From: Eledone cirrhosa | Taxonomy: Eukaryota | Length of the DNA: 64,000 nucleotides | Direction: 5' to 3' | NCBI GenBank assembly: GCA_964016885.1 | Contig: OZ024742.1 | Coordinates: 169,570,001-169,634,000, forward strand | Shown here: one piece after another, positions 1 to 11,145 of the stretch | Layout: each line of letters begins with the position of its first letter | Position numbering within the stretch: the stretch's first letter is position 1 | Notes under the pieces: generated by a model | The model's database searches: none | Told to the model about the DNA's origin: nothing | Seen by the model: the letters and a program-made list of their open reading frames with translations, nothing else | Position numbers and translations under genes: made by a program

Positions 1-242
1 GGAAAAAGTTTTACAACTCCAAAATTCCAAATGGATTTACAAAAAAAAAAAAAATTATAATTTAAAAACAAAAAAACTAAAAAAAAAAGTACTCATATGG
101 ATGCTTTAGAATGTATGATGCATGTCTTTAATTTGTTCTTGTTTTGTTTTTTTTCTTTTGTTAGCCAGTTTGTTTCCTGAAGTGGCCTCTAACTTTTTAA
201 CATGTAGATTACCACATCTGGGCTTTAGTGTATTTATCAACA

Positions 243-478
243 AAGGGTGTTGGATTGGCAGGATCAGTAGAATGCTGGACAAAATGCTTTGCGATATTTA
301 GTTAAAAGCCCTCCTCTGTTCTGAGTTCAAATCCTGCTGAGATTAACTTTACCTTTCATTCTTCTGAGATTGATAAAAAAAAATAACACTAGTCAAGTAA
401 TGGGGTTGAAATAATCAATCTCCTCCATTCCACCCCCAAAAAACAAACTTTCTGGCCTTGTGCCTATGTTAGAAACCA
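243..478 (+). mobile_element. tRNA-derived SINE, near full length (family A)
   Basis: A-box-like TGGCAGGATCAG, B-box-like GAGTTCAAATCC, shared body CCTTTCAT..GATAAAA..AGT, 3' end TGGCCTTGTGCCTATGTTAGAAA; the same layout recurs many times in 1-8.4 kb. Confidence 0.8.
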
Positions 479-717
479 CTGTACATGTTACCTAACTATA
501 CTAAACTCACTCAGCATTTTAGCCATGAGCTCCATCATCATAACCACTTGTTATGGGGCTATGCCCTTCTGAAACTGACATAAAGATAACATTTGTTTAA
601 ACTATTCCAACCATTTTAGCATAGAAAATTTGTGTTTCTAAAGAAGTGAAGTGTGTGTAAGTGTCTATATAATATTTCTTTGATGTGGGCTAGTATAAAT
701 AATTATTTTTAGTGTGA

Positions 718-865
718 CAAAGTAGCAGAGTCATTAGAACATTGAGTAGATTACTTTACGGTATTTGTTCTGGCTCTCTGAGTTCAAAAGCTGCCAAGGT
801 CAATTTTGCCTTTCATTCTTTCAGGGTTGATAAAAAAAATACCAGTCCTGAACTCGGGTCAATTC
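718..865 (+). mobile_element. SINE family A copy, 3'-truncated
   Basis: CTGAGTTCAAA..GCCAAGGTCAATTTTGCCTTTCATT..GGGTTGATAAAAAAAATACCAGT matches the other copies. Confidence 0.7.
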
Positions 866-1168
866 TTCCTCTGTATCTGTTTCTCACTTCTTTTCTAGAA
901 GAAGCTGTGTTCAGACCTTGAAAGGAGATGAGCTCTGCTAGGTTTTGAAAATGCCCATTGTCACTACAGTACTACTAAAACTCCACCAGGAGTTACGGGT
1001 CCATACATACAAATAAGTATTTAAATTGAATGAAGGTATTTTGTTTTTTAAAGCAGATACAAGGGACATAATGTTGACTGTATGATATAAATTCAGTTAA
1101 ATCATTTATCAATGCTTTATGAATATATGGATGTATGTGAAACACACACACACACACATATATATCTA

Positions 1169-1973
1169 TCTATATATAAAATTCCTTGTCTGTCTGTTCC
1201 TATGCATTCTCAAATGGCTGGATCAAATCAAATTTTACAAGGTATTAGACCCTGGGGAGTGTCAACATGTAATTTATTTTCATTTAGATTAAAACAATAT
1301 ATTTTATCTAAAATAACCTTTCTATAGTAAACCACCACCATGACGTCACATTGTATATGAGTGTGTTTGTGTTTGCGAGTTTGTTACGTACGTTAGGCCT
1401 CAGAGAATTAAACACACACACACACATCTACACATACATATAGCCTTAGTAAGTTGCATTCACATTATCTTCACACACAGACAATTAAACACACACACAC
1501 ACACATCTATACATACAGATACATATGTGATGACAGACAGGTGTGCTTGAATGTATGTCTGTGTGAGTATGTGAACATTTTAATTTTCATTTGCATTAAA
1601 ACAATAGAAAACAACACATCACATTTTGTATATGAATATGTATGTGTCTGTGTGTACGTGTTCATTAGGTACGTTATTAAATACACACACACATCTACAT
1701 ATAACATATGTAGCAACTGTAAAAAAAAAATGAGGTGAAAAGCTATGTGTGTGTGTGTAGCAACAATTTATTCATTTAGACACCAACAAAAAATTACACA
1801 ATGAATATTATTTACCCTAAGGTGCTTTAAGATTTTCATTTCTAAATTCTATTTAGATATTTTTTCTTATAAAATATAGATATTTTGAAATTATGAGGAA
1901 AAAAAAAATCTTATTGTTTACTAATCTGAATAAGAACAGCAGTAACCCAGGTAACACTGAGTAATTCAGCTAG
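1169..1973 (+). mobile_element. Non-autonomous Helitron-like element
   Basis: Begins TCTATATATAAAA..TGTCTGTCTG after an A. Ends with an imperfect hairpin (ACCCAGGTAACACTGAGT) followed by CTAG and then a T. This is the A|TC...CTAG|T Helitron signature, with no target-site duplication. Confidence 0.6.
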
Positions 1974-1984
1974 TATATATATAA

Positions 1985-2167
1985 AGTTGTAGTGCTTGTG
2001 CCATGAAAAATACACACCCAGTATACTATTTAAAGTTGTAGGTGTTAGGAAAGGCACCCAGTCCAAAATTTGGAATATATAAGCAAGATGAGGACATGGT
2101 GACCAGTGACAAATTGTCCAATTTGTGCTGGTGTGGAAAGTGGATGTAAAAACAGATGATGATGACT
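1985..2167 (+). mobile_element. RTE LINE 3'-end fragment (or LINE-tail SINE) ending in (GAT)n
   Basis: Reverse complement matches the 3' ends at 3683, 9201 and 11146 (GTTAGGAAAGGCACCCAG...GTGGAAAGTGGATGTAAAAACAGATGATGATGA). Confidence 0.65.
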
Positions 2168-2640
2168 ATATATATGTATTCATATATAGATGTACACACA
2201 CTCACAAACATATATATACACACATTTATATATATATTCATATGACACAATGATTGTGAAGTGAAGGTGATTGACTACATGACTTTCATAATTTACTAGT
2301 GCCACTGTTATAGTATTATGTCTGTTGTCTCTGAGAGCAAAGGAACTTGGCTCTAGTTTCTCATTTGCCAGTTTCAATGAAGATTAGCTTCCATGCTCTT
2401 CACAAATAGTTTCTCCAAGAAATAATAAACCAACCATACAAGTGGCTAAGCATTCCACAAATGTGTTCAAACTGGCCGTTATCAGCCAATCATATCAATG
2501 TTAAGGTATTATTCTCAAAATATATATCAAAATCTCATAGATTCGATATTATGTGAGATAAAGCCTTTTATGTGAAAATACAATAGTAAATATAGAGTAA
2601 TGTAAATGCTAAACAGTTAAAGTAATTTTTAGGGTGATTC

Positions 2641-2990
2641 AGTATAACACAGTATGTGACAAGGCTGGTTCTCTGGCGCTTTGAATTACAGGTACACCTC
2701 AATTTTGCCAATTGAATGGACTTGAGCAATGTGAAATAATTGTTTTTACTTTTGGCATAGGGCTTGCAATTACCTTAGTGCATTACTGGTGTGTTATGAA
2801 AGGCAAAGTTAACCTTGGTGGGATTTGAACTCAGAACGCAAAGGGTCGTAACTGTATGGTGTGAAGCATGTCCGGTGCTCTACCGATACTGCCAATGTGA
2901 AAAAAATGTTTTGATCAGGCAAACAGCAAACTGCTTTAAATTGAATTTCTACAATTTTGAGCCAAACATCCTTACCACTAAGCTCTGACC
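2641..2990 (-). mobile_element. Second SINE family (B), degenerate, interrupted by a family A SINE
   Basis: GAATGGACTTGAGCAATGTGAAAT...TGAGCCAAACATCCTTACCACTAAGC resembles the reverse complement of a tRNA-head SINE; split at about 2747/2893. Confidence 0.45.
2752..2896 (-). mobile_element. SINE family A copy, internally deleted
   Basis: ATGAAAGGCAAAGTTAACCTTGGTGGGATTTGAACTCAGAAC...CTACCGATACTGCCAAT is the reverse complement of the family A head and body. Confidence 0.75.
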
Positions 2991-3351
2991 CTTCTTAACA
3001 GGTATATATAGATAGGTACTGATTAAATAAGATCCTATTATGTTATGATATACATTCCTTAATTGATTTATAGATGACCTGTGTGCCTTGTATGTTACTT
3101 TTTCTTTGAGGTGACTGACTTCACTGTCAAAATATCATCTGAGTGACTTTGTACAGAAGGTGGTATTGTGTGAAAGTGCTAGTGATAAAAGTTGGGTATG
3201 GGTATTTGGGGTGGGTGGTAGAACAATGATCCCTTACTTTTCAGTTTCCAAGGGTGTGTGGTGATGGGTTACAGTGTCTAGTTCTCTGCTCCTTCAAACC
3301 CCATCCTCACAGATTGTAGTGTAACCTACTTTGTAAAACATTTTCAACACT

Positions 3352-3520
3352 GGGTACTAGTAATCTACAAAGGTAGATTCAATTGACTACACTTTCCTTG
3401 TAAACTTGTAGCACTATATCAAAGTTTTTATTATTAGCAGATGTAGTAAAAGTGGTGGATTGGCAGAATTGGTAGAGCATCCAGTCAAAATGCTTTGAGC
3501 CCTGCTAAGATCAAAGTCAT
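3352..3520 (+). mobile_element. SINE A tail followed by a SINE A head (fragments)
   Basis: GTACTAGTAAT...TTGTAGCAC tail, then GGTGGATTGGCAGAATTGGTAGAGCATCCAGTCAAAATGCTTTG head. Confidence 0.6.
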
Positions 3521-3682
3521 TTCTGCAAAATGTTGACTGCACTAAGTGGATCCACAACTGCAACTTTGTCTCAAATTACAAGAAAGAAACTGGTACAGTA
3601 AGAAAGCTGTCGAAGAAGACATTTCTATTTAGTTGAAATATATAAAGTAAATGTAAAATATTTTTTAAACATTTGTGAGGTT

Positions 3683-3960
3683 TCATCATCATCGTCATTG
3701 TTTAATGTCCATTTTTCCACACTAGTGTAGGTTAGACGAGTTGTCCCATTGTGAGAAGTCAGATCAGATAACCGTGTCTTGCTCATAGAGAACTTTCTAG
3801 CTTGGTTTCTATGACTGGATGCCTTTCCTAACACCAACCACATTTACAGTGCGTACTGCATGCCTTTTACCATGGCACCAAAATGACTTTTACAGTGTGG
3901 GCTGGGAGCGGTTTGTCATGACACCACTATGACCACTTTGCAGTGTAGACTGGGGACTGG
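3683..3960 (-). mobile_element. RTE LINE 3' UTR fragment
   Basis: (CAT)n tail, GGTTAGACG..GTCTTGCTCATA..CTGGATGCCTTTCCTAACACCAACC, then 2-3 copies of a ~45-49 bp tandem unit; collinear with the 9201 and 11146 copies. Confidence 0.75.
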
Positions 3961-4159
3961 ATTGTGGGGAGGTGCATGTATATAGGATGAGGATTGGAGA
4001 AGTCTAGGGTGAGCACTTAGCTGGTGAAATGTGGAATGTTAGGATGTGGGTGAAGAATGAAGGATGGTGTGTTAGGACATGAGAGGTGTGTGGAAGGGTT
4101 TGATTAGATTTGGTACTTTTTAAACAAAGTTTTTAGTATTTTTGAGAAAAAGTTTCAGC

Positions 4160-5085
4160 AGTCCAGGTTCTGAGTTCAAATACCTTTTATTTTTCCGAGG
4201 TCTCAATAAAATAAAGTACCAGTAACACACTGGGATCAATATAATCATCTCTCCTCTCCCCTCCCTCTCCCCAAAATGGTTGACCTTGTGTCTAAATTAG
4301 AATGGAAGAAATTTTAATTGTTCATGGCTATGGATAGCAGAAATGGTAAAGTGCTGTAGAAACAATACCTTGCAAGATTTGGTTCTATACATTTTCACTC
4401 TGAGTTTAAATCCTGCTGAAGTCAATTTTGCAATTCATCTTTCTGAAGTCAATAAAATAAAGTACCAGTAATGTACTTGTGTCAATTTCAATTTTCAACT
4501 CTTCCCCCAAATTTCTGGCCTTGTGCCTATGTTAGAAATTAATATTATTATAATCTAGTTTAGGGAAATAGATTGGCAGAATCATTAGTGTTGGACAAAA
4601 CACTGCAGCATTTAGTTATTGCCCTTTATATTTGGAGTTCAAATCTGATCGAGGTCAACTTTGTCTTTCATCCTTCTGGGGTTATTAAAATAAAGTACCA
4701 GTTACGTAATGGAGTTGCCAAATTTCTGGCCTTGTACCTGTGTTAGAAATTATAATATTAAGGCAGTGGATTGGTAGTATCAGACGAAATGCTTCACCGC
4801 ATTTAGGTATGGCTCTTTAACATTGTGAGTTCAAATCCCACCGAGGTCAACTTTGCCTTTCATCCCTCCAGAGTCAATAAAATAAAGTACCAGTCATGCA
4901 CTGGTTCAATTTAATCAACTTTCCCTTCCCTCAAAATTGTTGGCCTTATTTCAGAAATTATTATTATTATTATTGTTATATAGGTGACCAGTTGGTAGAA
5001 TCAGTAGGATGATGAACTAAATACATTGTAGTATTGAATTAATACTCCTTTATGTTCTGAGTTCAAATCCCACTGAATGCAACAC
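4160..5085 (+). mobile_element. Head-to-tail cluster of about five SINE A copies (approx. 4160-4303, 4325-4545, 4570-4752, 4761-4960, 4983-5085)
   Basis: GAGTTCAAAT-like B-box in each unit; AATAAAATAAAGTACCAGT-like core and a GCCTTG-like 3' end in the first four; units spaced about 200 bp apart. Confidence 0.8.
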
Positions 5086-5393
5086 TACCTTAGGTTAGTT
5101 AAATTGACTCCACTACCTTCTATTGACTTTATGCTGATATGAGAAGCCTTTGACAGCAACAAGCATTTTATCTTTTTCATTACCCTATATCTAATGAAAG
5201 ACACTGCCTATGGTTTTGAAAATAAACAAGAATTTGGAGGGATTTAGTAATACAACCAATATTTTCATTATCAAGCAGGTGTTACATAAAATTACAATGG
5301 AATGTTTTTAGATAAATATAAACAACCCTTGCTAATGGAAAACGTTAAATGATAATGATAAGCACTTTAAAATAGTTTTGTATTACAGTTTCA

Positions 5394-5550
5394 TGGCAGC
5401 AAATTGGTAGTCTTTAAAACATTGGGTAGAATGCTTTGTGGTATTTGTTCTGACCCTCTGCGCTCAAATTTCAAATTCCACCAAAGTCCACTTTGCCTTT
5501 CATCCTTTTAAAATTGATAAAAAAGTACCAGTCCAATACTGGGGTTGATT
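5394..5550 (+). mobile_element. SINE family A copy, 3'-truncated
   Basis: AAATTCCACCAAAGTCCACTTTGCCTTTCATCC..GATAAAAAAGTACCAGT..CTGGGGTTGAT. Confidence 0.7.
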
Positions 5551-6165
5551 CTTCCTCTATATCTCTTTCTCACTTCCTTTCTATTACTCCATCTCTTTCT
5601 CTAGAAGAAATTGGCTGTGTTCCAACCTGGAGAGGAGATGGGGTCCACCAAGTTTTTAAACTGCCTAAAAAATACTGTATTTCACTGTGGTACCTCTGAC
5701 TTCATCCAGTGTTTTGGGTTCATATATACATCATAGTTTTAGGCTATTTAGTATCAAAAGGATTAAAGCCATTTACCTTGCTAAAATAGGAGTTAGCCTT
5801 ATGGAGCCTCCCCCCCCCCCCCCCCCATCCTATGTTAAACTTCATACTTATCATGGGTTCCTTTTTGAAGCAATGTTTTTCAGCTGGGTGGCCCTTCTGG
5901 CAACAACCCTTTTTGTCACCTCTTATGACTTTAGGGGAATATACATACTACATGTCTTTTAGTTTGGGATAACTTGTTTTTCATCTCCAATCTCAATGTA
6001 ATAAAAAGTTCCACTGATGGAAAGGGGGTGTGGGTATTTAAGAGGACAATGTTCCCTTACTTTTTAATTTCCAGGGTAGGAGGTTATGTCAATCTCGCTA
6101 CTCTTTCCAACCCTAGTATCACAAATCATAGTACCCCAGTTCATAAAACCCATTTTCATGACTGA

Positions 6166-6685
6166 TGAGTACCAGTAATGTACAAGGGTTGATTCAAAAT
6201 GGTCATACACCTTACCTGCAAACTTGTAGCACTGTATCAAAGTTTTTTTTTTATATTAGCAGGTATAGTAAGGGTGGTGGATGACAGAATTGGTAGAGCA
6301 CCAGATTCCAATGTCTTGTGTTATTTAGTTATACCCTTTTCTGTTCTGAGATCAATTCTTGTCAAAGTCAGACTTAACCATTCCAGAATAGATAAAGTAA
6401 AGTACCAGTTGTATACTCAAGGTTAAAGCGACCATGTCTCCCTACCCCAATCTGTGACCATGAGGTAAATCATCTTTAGCAAATATAAGTGCAGTTAATT
6501 GACAGAATCAGTAAAATGTTAGACAAAATGCTTTGCAGTATTTGTTTAATTATGGTCCTTTACATTCTGAGTTGGTTCTGCCAAGATCAACTTTATCTTT
6601 CATCCTTTTCAGAGGGCGGGATGTTAATAAGTTCTATCATTACCAACTCAACTGAAACTGCTCCTGTTTCTATAATGAAACACCA
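6166..6685 (+). mobile_element. SINE A tail plus two degenerate SINE A copies
   Basis: Heads at about 6275 and 6492 (GACAGAAT..GTA); TTCTGAG cores; GATAAAGTAAAGTACCAGT. Confidence 0.65.
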
Positions 6686-6880
6686 TTTGTTTTAAATTGT
6701 TCTTGTTTAAATTTAAACCTATTAATTTTTTATGTATGAACCTTTTGAGTTATGTTCAAAACACCAACATAATAATGAAAAATTTAGATGTATTACTAAA
6801 TCTTTCTAAATTTTTTATTATATTTTAGATTAATTGAAAATTATAGGTAATATATTTCATAAGAGACATAGTGGCAAAAG

Positions 6881-7255
6881 CAATGGCATACCAAGGTTTG
6901 GTGATGCCTGGGGTCAACTCTCTGATAGAATGCCCCTTAAAACTCATATATGGCCTGGTATTGAGAAATATGTAAGAACAGATGAAATGTGTAATAAACA
7001 CTTCAAATTAATATAAAATCAGCCACAAAAGGTTTGTCTGAGCTTATGCATCGAATTTCAAATTAATAAATTTCTCTGGTTTTTGATCTGAGGAGAAAAC
7101 TGGGTGCAGATTTTGGATGGGTGCTTGAGAAATCTATGTGGGTGCTGTGCTTAATAGTCATATTGAATGGAGAACTCTGCTTGACTCTTTGATTGGATGC
7201 CCCACAACCTGCCTGGGGCTATCACACCCTTTGTCCCCCTCATTGCACGCCACTG
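6881..7255. mobile_element. Degenerate MITE, hAT-like ends
   Basis: Imperfect terminal inverted repeats CAATGGCATAC / TGCACGCCACTG; GCCTGGGG motif near both ends; no clear target-site duplication. Confidence 0.35.
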
Positions 7256-7799
7256 TGAAAGGGTTAAATAAACTCTACTCTTTCCTTAAAATCTGTATCC
7301 TTTTACTTGTGTTAGGTATTGTGATTAATAGATGTTTGAAAAACAGATGAGATTGAATTTTCAAATGAAAGATTCCTTATATATATTTTTCATGTCATTT
7401 TGTTGAAAACTGCCAAAAACAATACCAGTGATTACCGTCTCATATGATATATTGTTTTTATTTTATTTTATTATTCAGTTGATTTAATCAAAGTAATAAA
7501 GTCTCTTTAAATTTCATTTTGTTTGATTTCTTTTCATTTCAAATCTTCCACTAAAAACCCCTATAATGTTTAAGTTATTAATATAGAAAAGAAAAACTTT
7601 TTTTTTTTCAGCAAATTTAAGTGTAAAAGTATGTTTTATGTTAAAAGTAAGAGATTGGCTCCACAAGGGTTTAAGGTGCCCAAGACATGCCCGTATGTCA
7701 TGCAAACACCACTATGGCTTTCTCAGGAGTTACAAGTTCATATACATCAATTTGAAATGTTGAAATCCAAACACAGAAATCGCTGTAAATAATAATGGT

Positions 7800-7890
7800 T
7801 TCTACATTTGGCACAAGACCAGCAATTGAAGGGAAAGGGAAAGTCGATTACATTGACCCCAGTGCTTTACTGGTGCTTTATTTTATCGAT
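7800..7890 (-). mobile_element. SINE A 3' half
   Basis: TTTGGCACAAGACCAGCAATT..GTCGATTACATTGACCCCAGTG..ACTGGTGCTTTATTTTATCGA is the reverse complement of the family A 3' half. Confidence 0.75.
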
Positions 7891-8111
7891 TGTATAAATA
7901 TTAATAGCTTTAGAACAGTTATGGGCTATTTCAAAATTGCCTTGAATTTTTTAGTAGTGTGGCCTGCCTTATGATGAACCGCATCCTATGAGGCTCACTG
8001 CTTGAAAAGGGTTACCCATGCCTGCTTTAGAAAATTGGGTAAAATACACTTAGAGACAGAAAAAAGTGGCTAGCAGTCACAACAGATTTTCTAAAGCTAT
8101 TATAGCAATAA

Positions 8112-8332
8112 GTGCAGTAGATTGGCAGTATCGGTAGAGAGTCGGACAATCTGCTTTGTGGAATAGAGTTACTGCCCTTTACGTTCTGAGTTCAAATCCC
8201 GCTGAGGTTAGCTTTGCTTTTCATCCTTATGGGGTCGATAAATAAAGCGCCAGTAATGCACTGGAGTCGATTTAACAGACTTTCCCCTCCCCTTCAAATT
8301 GCTGGCCTTGTGCCTAAAGTAGGAACAATTAT
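8112..8332 (+). mobile_element. SINE A, best-preserved copy
   Basis: A-box-like TGGCAGTATCGG (8123), B-box-like GAGTTCAAATCC (8188), complete body through TGCTGGCCTTGTGCCTAAAGTAGGAAC. Confidence 0.85.
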
Positions 8333-8780
8333 TATTTATAGCAATTTCTGCATTTGGATTTCATTATTTAAAATTTCAAATCATCCAAGCACCTCAGTAA
8401 ATCATATTAATATACATCAATGCTTATTAACAAAGATGTGAAAAATTGAGATTTTATGAGGCTATTTCATTTATGACTCGAACATGTGTTAAACAAGTAT
8501 TGTGAGTCATGTGACATTCATTGATTAATCCTCAACTTTGAATTTCTACACATCTGTGCTGTCTTTGTATTGTTGGTTCTCTCTGCTTACAGTTCATATC
8601 TTTGTGGTGTTTCTTATTTCTTTCTTTTGTGTAACTCACATATTGAATATATCTTTTCTTCTATTCATTCAATAGTTATTGTTGTTATCGCTTCTTACGC
8701 TTATAACATAACTTTTTATGTTTTTCTATTTCTAACATTTGCAAAGGAATTGAAGGTAGTTATTGTTGTTTAACCCTAGG

Positions 8781-8912
8781 CAGGGCTGGATTAACCATTA
8801 AACAAAATAGATACATGAAAATGAAAATGTTTGTGCAAACTGTATATATTAAGGGGTGGGTAGCCATAATTTAAAAAGTGTTAGAGCCTCAGAAGGATTT
8901 CATCTCGCCCTG
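8781..8912. mobile_element. Short MITE, hAT-like
   Basis: Ends CAGGGCTGGAT / ATCTCGCCCTG form an imperfect terminal inverted repeat (outer 6 bp perfect). Confidence 0.4.
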
Positions 8913-9200
8913 TATATTGATGATGATGATGATTATCATCATATATAAATCAACCATATTAATAATTAGTGCGGGTCGGGGTTGGTTTGCAGAATTTAAG
9001 GGTCAGGAAATATAGATAATGTCTGAGTTCTAGTATAGGTGTGGAGTTTATAGTTGGCTTTGATTTTCTGAGTGAATTGTTTACAGGTTAAGACATTCAA
9101 CTAACATATTTCATGGATAACTTTGGGTTTGTTCTAGATGTATTCATGTTCAGGTTTAGGTATTTGATGGTCATATTTATACATAGATAAAATATATATA

Positions 9201-10090
9201 TCATCATCATCATCACCATTTTACAGCCATTCTTCCACGCTAGCATGGGTTAGATGGGTTGTCCTGTTGTGGGCAATGCCAGGTCGGGTGACCTTGTCTT
9301 GCTCATACAGGAACTGATTTTAGCTTGATTTCTACAGCTCGATGCCCTTCCTAACACCAACCTCATTTACAGTGTGGGCTGGGTGGTTTTTTGTCGTGAC
9401 ACCTCCACGACCACTTTGCAGTGGAGGGGATGGGGGCATATTGTCTATATGCTTCAGCTTCAGCTTGTTCCCATGAAAAGTTGGGTCTCCTGTATTACTG
9501 CATGACGCCAGAGTTCACGGTCCTGTGTCATCACCTTTGAGAAGTGCAATTGGGCAAGGTCAGCTTTTATCACCTCATCCCAGGTCTTTTTGGGTCTCCC
9601 CACTCCATGGCTTCAATCGACTTTTAGTGCTCTGTATCTTTTTCTGCAGCTGTCATCCTTCATATGCATCACATCTCCATACCAATGCATCCTCCTCTCC
9701 TGCACACAGCATTTGATTTCTCTTATGCTCAGTCTCTCTCTCTCAATTTATTTATGCTTTGCCATTCATGTATATTACTATTACACCTCCATTGGAGCAT
9801 GCATGCTTCGTTTCTTTCTAATCTACAAAAGTTTTCTACACACAGCGCCCAAGTCTCACTACCATGTAACATTGCTGTTTGTATGCACACATCATACAGC
9901 CTGCCTTTTATTTTGAGGGAAGAGCCTTTTGCAGCTAGCAGTGGTAGGAGCTCCCTGAACTTCTTCCACCCCGTTCTTACTCTGGTTACTGTACTTTCAG
10001 AACACCCACCTCCGCTGCTAATTTGGTCACCTAGGTAGCAGAAGCTGTCTACTGTTTCTACAGCCCTCCCAGAGTTTGGTAGTGGTTGTT
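9201..10090 (-). mobile_element. 5'-truncated RTE-clade LINE (end of RT ORF plus 3' UTR)
   Basis: ORF 9729-10100 reads VDSFCYLGDQISSGGGCSE..RVRTGWKKFRELLPLL..KGRLYDVCIQTAMLHGSETWA, typical of the RTE ORF C-terminus; (CAT)n tail; paralogous to 11146-12040. Confidence 0.9.
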
Positions 10091-10120
10091 TCATATACAT
10101 ATATATATATATATATATAT

Positions 10121-10265
10121 TATTTATTAAAAGTTGTTAAGATAGAGTTACTTCACAATAATTGCTTTGTTGCATGATAATCACATGCATAACTATGTCA
10201 CAGAAATACATATGCAATAAAGCAATTATGGTGAAGTAACCTCGTTTAACAACTTTTAATAAATA
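10121..10265. repeat. Imperfect inverted repeat, arms about 55 bp
   Basis: TATTTATTAAAAGTTGTTAA..GTTACTTCACAATAATTGCTTTGTTGCAT pairs with ATGCAATAAAGCAATTATGGTGAAGTAAC..TTAACAACTTTTAATAAATA. Confidence 0.85.
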
Positions 10266-11000
10266 AATGAATACTCTGTCACTCCTAATACTATATTTAG
10301 GTTTAATTGAATTATGTTCCTCAATAAAAAAGTCCATCGATATTAGCATCAATTATACAAGTTTAAATGATATATAAAAAATGTATATATCAATTGAGAA
10401 ACTATTAGTATTTTATACATATATACTGAACAAATAATATGTAAGTCAATATTGTTACTTCAAGATGGTAACAAGCCTAAATCTCTTAGATCTGTTTCAT
10501 AAAACCTGTTGAAAAAAAAACATAAGCCATTGATTTTAGTAATCAGTATCAATCACCATTTATCGATTTTGGTAATAAGCGTCTTAAGACCAAAATTTTA
10601 ATCATCGTTAAGTTTAGGTCTTTCTATATATATATCTCATACTGTATAAATTACTAGTTACTTGCACAAGGAAGAAATTTGAAATATTCTCCCCATGGTG
10701 TTTAAATGATGATTAACAGAAGGGCAGATATTACAGAACAGACCATAAGAAGTGCTAAAGATAGCTTTGAACAGGTCCCATTGAGACAACTCAAATAATA
10801 AAACAATTGGGAGTATTTATATACTATATTTAGGTTTAATTGATACATATAAAATATATATCTGTTATGTTTCTCAACAAAATGGGTCCATGGACATCAA
10901 TTATGCTCAGAATACCCCCCCCCCCCCCAAAAAAAAAATAACATTTATATGAAGAGAATTTACAATTGGTTAAATAATGTATGCCCTTATTTCGACAAAC

Positions 11001-11094
11001 TTTACCCCTGATGATACAGCTAGTAAACCGCCAAGCCCTTTGGCAATCAGTCTGGAACTAGCTGTTGAAATGGCAAGAACTCAGCTGTCAGGTT
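11001..11094 (+). ncRNA. Degenerate type I hammerhead-ribozyme-like motif, possibly a Penelope-like element remnant
   Basis: CTGATGA (11008-11014), 8-bp stem ACAGCTAG/CTAGCTGT, GAAA (11067-11070), weak stem III, GTC (11087-11089); stem I and the stem II closing pair are mismatched. Confidence 0.4.
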
Positions 11095-11145
11095 CCAATT
11101 CTTTATAATATATATATGTGTGTGTATATATGTATATATATATAT

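Noticed and set aside
8112-8205. tRNA gene
   Set aside because: A- and B-box-like motifs are present but I could not fold a cloverleaf, and the sequence continues into a SINE body found in many copies
1112-8441. Other short ORFs in the first 8.5 kb
   Set aside because: They overlap microsatellites, SINEs or MITEs and show no recognisable domains
8570-8773. Hydrophobic ORF or micro-exon (AAAG|GAATTGAAG|GTAGTT) as the upstream signal-peptide exon of the mucin-like gene
   Set aside because: T-rich DNA yields hydrophobic ORFs by chance, the ORF has no ATG start, and the splice signals are weak; unsupported without transcript data
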